Assembly: GCF_001652585.1 (NCBI RefSeq) | Contig: NZ_LWLG01000013.1 | Location: forward strand, 34,376 to 66,375 | Reading direction: 5' to 3' | Length of the DNA stretch: 32,000 nt | From: Thermosulfurimonas dismutans | GTDB lineage: Bacteria > Desulfobacterota > Thermodesulfobacteria > Thermodesulfobacteriales > Thermodesulfobacteriaceae | Part shown: piece by piece, positions 25,230 through 32,000 of the stretch | Position numbering within the stretch: position 1 is the stretch's first letter | How the letters are laid out: the number at the start of each line of letters is the position of its first letter | The notes under the pieces: generated by a model | Told to the model about the DNA's origin: nothing | Seen by the model: only the letters and a program-made list of their open reading frames with translations | Databases searched by the model: none | Translations under genes and position numbers: made by a program

Positions 25230-25510
25230 TTTGAGGTATGTTGCGAAGAGATTGAGCCAACGCGAGAGGAGAGCTTTTCGTCAGAGGGCTAGACAGCAGC
25301 GATTTTGAAGCTAAGATCAAGATGTTGATGTTTCAAAGCGGACTTTCCCTGTTGGGTGATTTGTTGTATTGCACGAAAGATAAGTATACCAGGGGGACAC
25401 CTTTTCTTTTAGAATCTCTTAGATTGGTTGAAATAATGTTAGAAACACTGGTAATTAAGAAGAGTCAAAGTGAAAGAAGTTGAAAAAAATACAACAGAGG
25501 AGGTAAAATT

Positions 25511-26536
25511 ATGAAAAGAGCACTGATAACTGGTATAAGAGGTCAAGATGGAGCTTACTTAGCAAAACTGCTATTAGAAAAAGGATATGAAGTTTACGGT
25601 GCAGACAGGAGGAGTGGCGATTCCAGTAATTGGCGTTTAAAAGAACTTGGTATAGAAAAATACGTGAAGGTAATTTATATGGATCTTCTAGAGCTAACGA
25701 ACATACTCAGAGTAATTAAGGAAGTTCAACCTGACGAGGTATATAATCTTGCAGCACAAAGTTTTGTACAGGCTTCTTTTGAACAGCCTATACTAACGGC
25801 AGAGGTAGATGCTATTGGAGTTCTTAGATTGTTAGAAGCTCTAAGATTTTATAAATCAGATGCAAAATTTTATCAAGCATCAACGAGCGAGATGTTTGGA
25901 AAGGTTCAAGAAGTTCCTCAAAAAGAAACAACACCTTTCTACCCAAGGAGTCCTTATGCTGTAGCCAAGCTCTTTGGACACTGGATTACAGTTAACTACA
26001 GAGAATCTTATAACATGTTTGCATGCTCTGGTATTTTGTTTAATCACGAATCCCCTTTAAGAGGGTTAGAATTTGTAACAAGAAAAATTACTTACACTTT
26101 AGCACGGATTAAATATGGATTAGAAGATAAGCTTATTCTTGGAAATCTTGATGCTAAAAGAGATTGGGGTTATGCTCCCGAATATGTAGAAGTTATGTGG
26201 TTAATGCTTCAACAAGATACGCCGGATGATTATGTGATAGCAACGGGTGAAACTCATACAGTCAGAGAGTTTGTAGAAAAGGCGGCAGAAATTGCGGGAT
26301 TTCAAATAGAATGGGAAGGAGAAGGGATAAATACGAAAGGTATAGATAAGAAAACTGGAAAAATTATAATAGAGGTTTCTCCTAAGTTTTATAGACCTGC
26401 TGAAGTAGATATTTTAATAGGAGATTATTCTAAGGCAAAAACTAAGCTTGGCTGGAAACCTAAAATTAAATTCGAAGAGCTTGTTAGAATCATGATGGAG
26501 GCTGACCTTAAACGAATTGAAAAAGCGAAACAATAG
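25511..26536 (+). CDS. gmd: GDP-mannose 4,6-dehydratase
   Basis: '[25 protein letters not shown]', 'STSEMFG', 'SPYAVAKL' (YxxxK). GAGGAGG RBS. Markedly AT-rich. Confidence 0.92.
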   Translation: MKRALITGIRGQDGAYLAKLLLEKGYEVYGADRRSGDSSNWRLKELGIEKYVKVIYMDLLELTNILRVIKEVQPDEVYNLAAQSFVQASFEQPILTAEVDAIGVLRLLEALRFYKSDAKFYQASTSEMFGKVQEVPQKETTPFYPRSPYAVAKLFGHWITVNYRESYNMFACSGILFNHESPLRGLEFVTRKITYTLARIKYGLEDKLILGNLDAKRDWGYAPEYVEVMWLMLQQDTPDDYVIATGETHTVREFVEKAAEIAGFQIEWEGEGINTKGIDKKTGKIIIEVSPKFYRPAEVDILIGDYSKAKTKLGWKPKIKFEELVRIMMEADLKRIEKAKQ

Positions 26537-26642
26537 ATTAATCTCAACTTATGAGAGTAAATGAAAATTGCAGTAATAGCTAATTGTTAAGCTAAACTAT
26601 TAGAGTGTTAAAACTTTTTGATTTTGAATCTAAATAACTTTT

Positions 26643-26651
26643 GGGGGGGGG
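26643..26651 (+). repeat. Homopolymeric G9 tract in the manC ribosome-binding region
   Basis: Nine consecutive G at 26643-26651, 6 nt upstream of ATG 26658. Confidence 0.95.
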
Positions 26652-26657
26652 CGTTCT

Positions 26658-28073
26658 ATGTGTCAAGTAAATTTTTTAATACTTGCGGGAGGTTCTGGAA
26701 CAAGACTTTGGCCGCTATCCAGGAAAAATTTTCCAAAACAGTTTTTAAAACTACCCCTCCCAAATTCAACTCAACCGGAAAGCTTTTTCCAGAAAACCTT
26801 GAAGCGTATAGCTTTATATCCTGATGACGCTAATTTTTACATTATTACCAATGAAAAGTATAAATTTTATATTCTAAATCAAATAAAAGAAATTTGGGAT
26901 AATCCTGACAATTCTTTCGACACGGTGTTGGAGCCGGCATCCAGAAACACTGCTCCTGCTATTGCCCTTGGAGTAAGATATGCCCTTGAAAAAGGGGCCT
27001 CTTTAGAAGATGTGTTCGTTGTAACTCCCTCAGACCATTTGATAGAGCCCAAAGAGAAGTTTGTAGAATATCTTGAACGCGCGGTAGAAATAGCAGAAAA
27101 AGGTCATATCGTTACCTTCGGTATAAAACCGACTAAACCCGAAACCGGATACGGTTATATAAAGGCAAATGAGCAATCTTTTCAGGATGGCTATTTTAAG
27201 GTTGAAAGATTCGTAGAGAAGCCGGATCTGGAAACCGCCAGGAGGTATCTTGAAGAAGGAAATTATTTCTGGAATTCTGGAATGTTCGCCTTTTCTGGTA
27301 AAACCTTTATTGAAGAACTTAAAACCTATTTACCCGAAGCATCTATAATATTTGAGAAACCCATGGAAGAGGTTTTTCAAAGATTCTCCGATCTTCCTGA
27401 TATTTCTATAGATTATGCCGTGATGGAAAAGACGAACAAGGCGGTAGTGCTTCCTTTGTCTTTATATTGGTCCGATATAGGGTCCTGGGAAAGCTTGTTC
27501 GAAGTTTTCGAAAAAGACGAGAAGGGCAACTTGTTGCTTGGCAATGTGCTCGATCTTGATGTGAGGAATTCCTTTGTTTTTGGAGATAGAAGACTTATTG
27601 CCCTTTTAGGGGTGAAAGATCTGGTGGTGATAGAAACCGAGGATGCTCTTTTGATTACCAGAAAGGGAGAGTCTCAAAGAGTAAGAGAGGTCGTGAAAGA
27701 GCTTCTGAAAAAAGGGAGATCCGAGGCCGAAGAACACCTTACTGTTTATAGGCCCTGGGGAAGTTACACGGTTCTTGAAGAAGGCCCCCGATACAAAATC
27801 AAACGAATCGTTGTAAACCCCGGAGAGAAATTGAGTTTACAGCTTCATCATCACCGTTCCGAACACTGGATCGTTGTAAGAGGAACCGCTAAAGTGAGAA
27901 TAGGTGATAAAGAAATGTTTGTCCATGAAAATGAATCCGTATATGTGCCTAAGTCCACACTTCATCGTTTAGAAAATCCCGGAAAAATTCCTCTGGAGAT
28001 TATAGAAGTCCAAAATGGAGAATATTTAGAGGAAGACGATATTGTACGGATGGATGATATATATGGCAGATAG
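26658..28073 (+). CDS. manC: Bifunctional mannose-1-phosphate guanylyltransferase / mannose-6-phosphate isomerase (type II PMI-GMP)
   Basis: 'ILAGGSGTRLWPLSR'; C-terminal cupin 'GEKLSLQLHHHRSEHWIVVRGTAKV'; 471 aa. Confidence 0.9.
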   Translation: MCQVNFLILAGGSGTRLWPLSRKNFPKQFLKLPLPNSTQPESFFQKTLKRIALYPDDANFYIITNEKYKFYILNQIKEIWDNPDNSFDTVLEPASRNTAPAIALGVRYALEKGASLEDVFVVTPSDHLIEPKEKFVEYLERAVEIAEKGHIVTFGIKPTKPETGYGYIKANEQSFQDGYFKVERFVEKPDLETARRYLEEGNYFWNSGMFAFSGKTFIEELKTYLPEASIIFEKPMEEVFQRFSDLPDISIDYAVMEKTNKAVVLPLSLYWSDIGSWESLFEVFEKDEKGNLLLGNVLDLDVRNSFVFGDRRLIALLGVKDLVVIETEDALLITRKGESQRVREVVKELLKKGRSEAEEHLTVYRPWGSYTVLEEGPRYKIKRIVVNPGEKLSLQLHHHRSEHWIVVRGTAKVRIGDKEMFVHENESVYVPKSTLHRLENPGKIPLEIIEVQNGEYLEEDDIVRMDDIYGR

Positions 28074-28075
28074 CC

Positions 28076-29848
28076 ATGCACCCTACCTCCCTCAATAAAA
28101 TGAAAGCCTTCGTAGAAGTATATCTTCACCAATTCGCCGGGCATCCTCTTATCATCGTAGACGTTGGCTCTCAGGCGGTTGGAAATATGCCGACTTATAG
28201 AGCTTTTTTTGAAAGGCCCTCCTGGAAATACTTTGGGCTCGATGTGGAGGCCGGAAATAATGTGGATATTATGGTGGAGGATCCCTATAACTGGAAAGAG
28301 ATCGAAGACGGGTTTGCCGACGTGGTCATCTCGGGCCAGGCCTTTGAGCATATAGAATTTCCATGGCTTACGATCAAAGAGATATACCGGATTTTAAAGC
28401 CTTCCGGCTTATGTTGCCTAATAGTTCCTTCTTCCGGGCCGGAGCACAAATATCCCTATGATTGCTGGAGATTCTATCCCGATGGAATGAAGGCGTTGGC
28501 AAAATGGGCGGGATTCGAGGTAGTTGAAGTATTCACGGACTGGGGGCTTGGGCCGTGGCAGGATACCTTTGCGGTTTTTCAAAAACCTGCCTCCAGAGAG
28601 GGAAAGAAGGCCCCCTTTCCGAAGTTTGAGAACCGGAGGGTTGCCGAAACGGTTTACTTGAAAGCCTTTTCGGATAGACCAGTAAATCCCGAGTATTACC
28701 TCAGGGCTTCGAAACTGTTGAGGGAGAGAGGAGAAACGGAAGAGGCCTTAAGGCTTCTGAAAACGGCCGTATCCATGTTTCCTCAGCATCCTCAATTGAG
28801 AGCTGAAACCGTCGAAGTCTATCTGGAAGACGGAAAACCGGAACTCGCCTTGGAACATGTGCTTTTCCTTCTGAAATTCCGACCCTTTTTCCCTCATACC
28901 ATAAGGGTGACCTCCGGGATACTTGAACACCTCAAGGGAGAAGATAAACAGCTGGTTCTGGATCAACTGCCGGGAGATCCCGGAGGTTTGAGGCGTATGG
29001 CCGGAATCGCCGAAAATACTGGCTCTTATCGTCTTGCGGTCGAGTGCTGGAAAAAGCTAATAGAAAAGAACCCTTCAGATATAAACGCAAAGTGTATGTT
29101 GGCGCTTTCCTTTAAGGGCGCCGGAGAGCTCGAAACCTTCAAAAAGATCTTCAAAGAAGTGTTGGCGTTTCAATTACGGGAAGAAATCCTCAACCGAACC
29201 ACGATCATTCAACTCCTCATAAACCACTTCGGCTTCGAAAGTTATCTGGAAATAGGGGTGGAGAGGGGAATAAACTTTTTCCAGATAGAGGCACCTTTCA
29301 AGTATGCTGTTGATCCCAAGTTCTTGATACCGGGAGGATATGGTGATCTCGATGGTTGCGGGTTCTTTGAAATGACGAGCGACGAATTTTTTGAGAATCC
29401 TCCCCCGGAAATAAAAGCTAGGGGAATAGATATAGTTTTTATCGACGGGCTTCACACCTATGAGCAATCCCTTCGGGATGTCGAAAACGCTTTGCGGTAT
29501 TTGAAACCGAACGGGATCATAGTGCTTCACGATTGCCTTCCCGATTCACCGGCCACGGCTGCTCCCACACTCGAAGAGGCCAAAAAACGTCCGGATTTCA
29601 AGGGAACCTGGACGGGCGAGGTTTACAAAACTGTAATGCACTTGAGAGCCGCGAGATCGGATCTGTTTGTGGCCGTAGTTGATACGGACTGGGGAGTCGG
29701 CTTGGTAAAGAGAGGCACACCGGAATCAAGTCTTGATCTTCCGCTGGAAAAGATCAGAACCATGAAATTTGAAGAGTTTGTGAGGTTCAAGGATTTTTAT
29801 CTCAATCTGAAACCCATCGGCTGGTTCTTCACCTGGCTAAACACCTAA
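28076..29848 (+). CDS. Fusion protein: N-terminal SAM-dependent methyltransferase + TPR-like middle + C-terminal class I (Methyltransf_24/TylF-like) methyltransferase
   Basis: 'IIVDVGSQ...LKPSGLCCLIVP' (N-terminal); helical repeats 'EEALRLLKTAVSMFPQHPQL...'; 'DIVFIDGLHTYEQSLRDVENALRYLKPNGIIVLHD' (C-terminal). Confidence 0.75.
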   Translation: MHPTSLNKMKAFVEVYLHQFAGHPLIIVDVGSQAVGNMPTYRAFFERPSWKYFGLDVEAGNNVDIMVEDPYNWKEIEDGFADVVISGQAFEHIEFPWLTIKEIYRILKPSGLCCLIVPSSGPEHKYPYDCWRFYPDGMKALAKWAGFEVVEVFTDWGLGPWQDTFAVFQKPASREGKKAPFPKFENRRVAETVYLKAFSDRPVNPEYYLRASKLLRERGETEEALRLLKTAVSMFPQHPQLRAETVEVYLEDGKPELALEHVLFLLKFRPFFPHTIRVTSGILEHLKGEDKQLVLDQLPGDPGGLRRMAGIAENTGSYRLAVECWKKLIEKNPSDINAKCMLALSFKGAGELETFKKIFKEVLAFQLREEILNRTTIIQLLINHFGFESYLEIGVERGINFFQIEAPFKYAVDPKFLIPGGYGDLDGCGFFEMTSDEFFENPPPEIKARGIDIVFIDGLHTYEQSLRDVENALRYLKPNGIIVLHDCLPDSPATAAPTLEEAKKRPDFKGTWTGEVYKTVMHLRAARSDLFVAVVDTDWGVGLVKRGTPESSLDLPLEKIRTMKFEEFVRFKDFYLNLKPIGWFFTWLNT

Positions 29849-29878
29849 CCTAACCACCTAACCCCCAAACCCTTTTTG

Positions 29879-29917
29879 CACCTACGAAGTGCACCTACGA
29901 GGTGCACTTCGTAAGTG
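29879..29917. other. Strong stem-loop (16-nt arms, 7-nt loop) built from direct and inverted copies of GTGCACCTACGA
   Basis: CACCTACGAAGTGCAC (29879-29894), loop CTACGAG, then GTGCACTTCGTAAGTG (29902-29917), with 15/16 pairing. No downstream U-tract on either strand. Confidence 0.8.
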
Positions 29918-30037
29918 TGAGCAATCCTTCACCGGGACGTCTCAAGTAAGTTGAAAAGCCGGGATGAAAGAGGGTTGGCTCTTCCCTCTCCCATCTTCTC
30001 ATAATTTCGCGGCAGAGGGGCGGAGAGGTTGATAAAG

Positions 30038-30307
30038 CCCAAGTTTGACAGTCAGGAAGGATTGCTGGATCTGAAGTGAGTATTTTCGGCCCAAAATACC
30101 CCTAAAATGCCCCCTTTTTTCCCCTTCCCTGCCTCTGTTCTACCGTCTCCACCTCCAAAAACCTATCTCTATATCGTGGAGGGCAAGCGGGTTAGTGGAA
30201 AAGTGCGCCAGAGGATCGTGGCTAACCTGGGGCGTCTGGAAAAACTTAAGAAAGGGGCGCTGGACAAGCGGACAATTCAGGACCCGAGCTGTGGCCACAA
30301 TCAGCTG
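30038..30307. repeat. Right arm of the ~269-bp inverted repeat (IS1634-like 5' end plus 36 nt of vapC, inverted)
   Basis: Reverse complement of 24960-25229 (see the left arm). The plus-strand ORF 30107-30313 gives 'MPPFFPFPAS...KLKKGALDKRTIQDPSCGHNQL'. Confidence 0.9.
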
Positions 30308-31530
30308 CATTAGCTCAGACTTAATCTGACAGGTAGGCCTTCCCAAAGAGGGTGGTCTAGGCTACCCTCCAGAGAGAGCTCCACCCAAAACTCAAAATAA
30401 GGAGGAATAGCCATGACCACCCAAGAGAAGCTTATCAAGAACAAGCTAGGTTTGCTAGAGTTAGCGGCGTATTTAAAGAATGTTTCCGAGGCTTGCCGGG
30501 TGATGGGTTTCAGCCGAGACACCTTCTACCGGATCAAGAAGGCTTACGAGGAAGGCGGAATAGAGGCCCTTTTTGAGAAGAGCCGCCGGAAACCGAATCT
30601 CAAGAACCGGGTTTCGGAAGAGGTAGAGCGGGCAGTGGTGGAGCTGGCTTTGGAGGATCCCTCTTTGGGACAGAAGAGGGTAAGCGACGAATTGAGGAAG
30701 CGAGGGATATTTGTATCTCCGGCCGGGGTAAGGAGCATCTGGCTTAGGCACGGGCTGGAGCGTTTTGAGAAGAGGCTCAGGGCCTTAGAGGAGAGGGTAG
30801 CGCGGACGGGGGAGATTCTTACGGAGAGGCAGCTTCGGGCGTTGGAGAAGGCGCAGGAGGAGAAGATAGCCCAGGAGGAAATCGAGACCGAGCACGTGGG
30901 ATATCTGGGGGCGCAAGACACCTATTATGTGGGCACTATCAAAGGGATAGGCCGGATCTACCAGCAGACTTTTATAGACACCTATTCAAAAGTGGCTTTT
31001 GCGAAGCTTTACACCAGCAAGCATCCTATCAACAGCGCAGATTTACTGAACGATCGGGTGATACCGTTTTTTGAGGAGCATGGACTCTCGGTATTGAGGA
31101 TATTAACAGATCGGGGGACGGAATTTTGCGGACGTATTGACCGGCACGAATACGAGCTCTTTTTGGCTTTGAACGACATAGAGCACACCAAAACCAAAGC
31201 CAAGAACCCTCAGACCAATGGAATATGCGAACGGTTCCACCGGACGATCAAAGAGGAGTTTTACTCCATAGCGTTGAGGAGGAAGCTTTATCGGAGTTTG
31301 GAGGAGCTTCAGGAGGACCTGGATTTGTGGATAGAGAGGTACAACCGGCAGAGGCCGCATCAGGGGAAGTACTGTGAAGGCAAGACGCCGATGGAGACGT
31401 TTTTGGGAAATGTGCCCTTGGCAAAGGAAAAGATGCATTCTAATGTGGAGGCGGGATTTGGGTTCTGACCGAGCCTGACAGGTGGAGACTCTGGAGGGGC
31501 CAACTGTCAGATCAAGTCTAAACTTTTACA
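30306..31530 (+). mobile_element. IS481-family insertion sequence (~1.2 kb)
   Basis: IRs TGCATTAGCTCAGACTTAATCTGACAG (30306-30332) versus the complement of 31504-31530, TGTAAAAGTTTAGACTTGATCTGACAG (20/27 match; core AGACTT.ATCTGACAG). No TSD recognisable. Confidence 0.75.
30413..31468 (+). CDS. IS481-family transposase (HTH + rve DDE integrase core)
   Basis: N-terminal HTH 'VSEACRVMGFSRDTFYRIKKAYEEGG'; 'LTDRGTEF'; 'NPQTNGICERFHRTIKEEF'. AAGGAGG RBS. Confidence 0.9.
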   Translation: MTTQEKLIKNKLGLLELAAYLKNVSEACRVMGFSRDTFYRIKKAYEEGGIEALFEKSRRKPNLKNRVSEEVERAVVELALEDPSLGQKRVSDELRKRGIFVSPAGVRSIWLRHGLERFEKRLRALEERVARTGEILTERQLRALEKAQEEKIAQEEIETEHVGYLGAQDTYYVGTIKGIGRIYQQTFIDTYSKVAFAKLYTSKHPINSADLLNDRVIPFFEEHGLSVLRILTDRGTEFCGRIDRHEYELFLALNDIEHTKTKAKNPQTNGICERFHRTIKEEFYSIALRRKLYRSLEELQEDLDLWIERYNRQRPHQGKYCEGKTPMETFLGNVPLAKEKMHSNVEAGFGF

Positions 31531-31687
31531 CATTATAGCCTATCCTCAAATAAAATTGAGAGCTGGGCGTAAATTGAAGGCCAATCCTTAATAGGGACTG
31601 TCCACCCTTCTGTGTAAATCACATTATAGCCTATCCTCAAATAAAATCGAGAGCTGGGCGTAAATTGAAGGCCAATCCTTAATAGGG
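31531..31687. repeat. 91-bp-period direct duplication across the terminus of IS256-family copy 3
   Basis: The 66-nt segment CATTATAGCCTATCCTCAAATAAAAT(T/C)GAGAGCTGGGCGTAAATTGAAGGCCAATCCTTAATAGGG occurs at 31531-31596 and 31622-31687 (1 mismatch). The two copies are separated by the IR core ACTGTCCACCCTTCTGTGTAAATCA. Confidence 0.9.
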
Positions 31688-32000
31688 CGGCGCCATTTCC
31701 TCTCAAGCTCCATGGCCGCCATGTATAGACACTTAAGCAGAGACTCCTCTGTCGGAAAAACCCTCCTGCCCGCTGTTGCCTTCCGAAATTTGCTGTTTAC
31801 GCTCTCTATGATGTTCGTGGTATACATTACCCGCCTTATTTCAACCGGATACCTGAAAAACGTCGTTAAAGCCTCCCAATTCGCCTCCCAGCTCTTTACC
31901 ACATGGGGATACTTTTCGCCCCATTTGGCCGAAAAATCTTCAAATTCTCTTTCGGCTACCTCAAGTGTAGGGGCCCCGTAAACCTTCTTGAGATCCCGGG
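31594..32000 (-). mobile_element. IS256-family insertion sequence, copy 3 (left IR plus transposase 3' part; continues beyond the window)
   Basis: IR GGGACTGTCCACCCTTCTGTGTAAATCA (31594-31621) closely matches the copy 1 IR. Confidence 0.85.
31624..32000 (-). CDS. IS256/Mutator-family transposase, C-terminal part (partial at the window edge)
   Basis: The minus-strand frame is open to nt 32000: 'RDLKKVYGAPTLEVAEREFEDFSAKWGEKYPHVVKSWEANWEALTTFFRYPVEIRRVMYTTNIIESVNSKFRK...ILFEDRL'. It parallels copy 1 with scattered substitutions. Confidence 0.9.
   Translation of the reverse strand, partial: RDLKKVYGAPTLEVAEREFEDFSAKWGEKYPHVVKSWEANWEALTTFFRYPVEIRRVMYTTNIIESVNSKFRKATAGRRVFPTEESLLKCLYMAAMELERKWRRPIKDWPSIYAQLSILFEDRL

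Noticed and set aside
25230-25300. Extension of the inverted repeat into the cassette flanks (25230-25300 versus 29941-30037)
   Set aside because: Only scattered short matches (for example GAGCCAAC, GCTTTTC). Not convincing without a computed alignment.
29879-29917. A rho-independent terminator after the methyltransferase gene
   Set aside because: The hairpin is strong, but no U-tract follows on either strand. It is kept only as a structural observation.
1-32000. A CRISPR array, rRNA genes, or a retron/group II intron reverse transcriptase that could supply a substrate for the Dbr1-like enzymes
   Set aside because: I saw no regularly spaced repeat-spacer array, no rRNA-like sequence and no ORF with RT motifs (YxDD). 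A link between the Dbr1-like enzymes and msDNA or lariats therefore cannot be supported from this window.

Overview
The window has two very different halves. (1) nt 1-15134 is a tightly packed housekeeping block with many overlapping genes, from a Gram-negative, probably thermophilic bacterium (E/K/R-rich proteins; the taxon cannot be determined from the sequence alone). It holds a partial sensor kinase plus a sigma-54 NtrC-type regulator, and an mlaE-mlaF-mlaD operon that ends in an unusual signal-peptide 'WP-repeat' protein. It also holds a PfkB kinase, ilvD, nfu-like, rpoZ, dnaJ, moaC, dksA-like, galT-like and rsmG genes. The block closes with a translationally coupled trio: B12-radical-SAM enzyme, WaaP-like kinase and Cys-rich mini-protein. 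(2) nt 15145-32000 is an accessory island. It begins at a 44-nt 3' fragment of a tRNA-Glu(CUC)-like gene (anticodon loop to CCA, no 5' half), which looks like an att-type remnant. The island is riddled with IS material: three IS256/Mutator-type copies, one IS256-type remnant, one IS3 remnant, three IS1634-like 5' fragments and one IS481-type element. Its cargo includes hicBA and a fused PLD-nuclease/P-loop ATPase gene split cleanly by an IS256-family element (8-bp TSD; in-silico excision restores 683 codons). Divergent from that gene is an operon encoding an unknown 250-aa protein, two Dbr1 (lariat-debranching)-like metallophosphoesterases and an NTase-domain protein truncated by a second IS. 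Further cargo is vapB with a truncated vapC, and an AT-rich GDP-sugar/methyltransferase cassette bracketed by ~269-bp inverted repeats, with a G9 tract in front of manC. The PLD-ATPase gene plus the Dbr1-like operon is my best candidate for an undescribed (defence-type) system, but it is decayed in this genome. I saw no rRNA, intact tRNA or CRISPR array. All homology statements come from motif recognition by eye, not from database searches.
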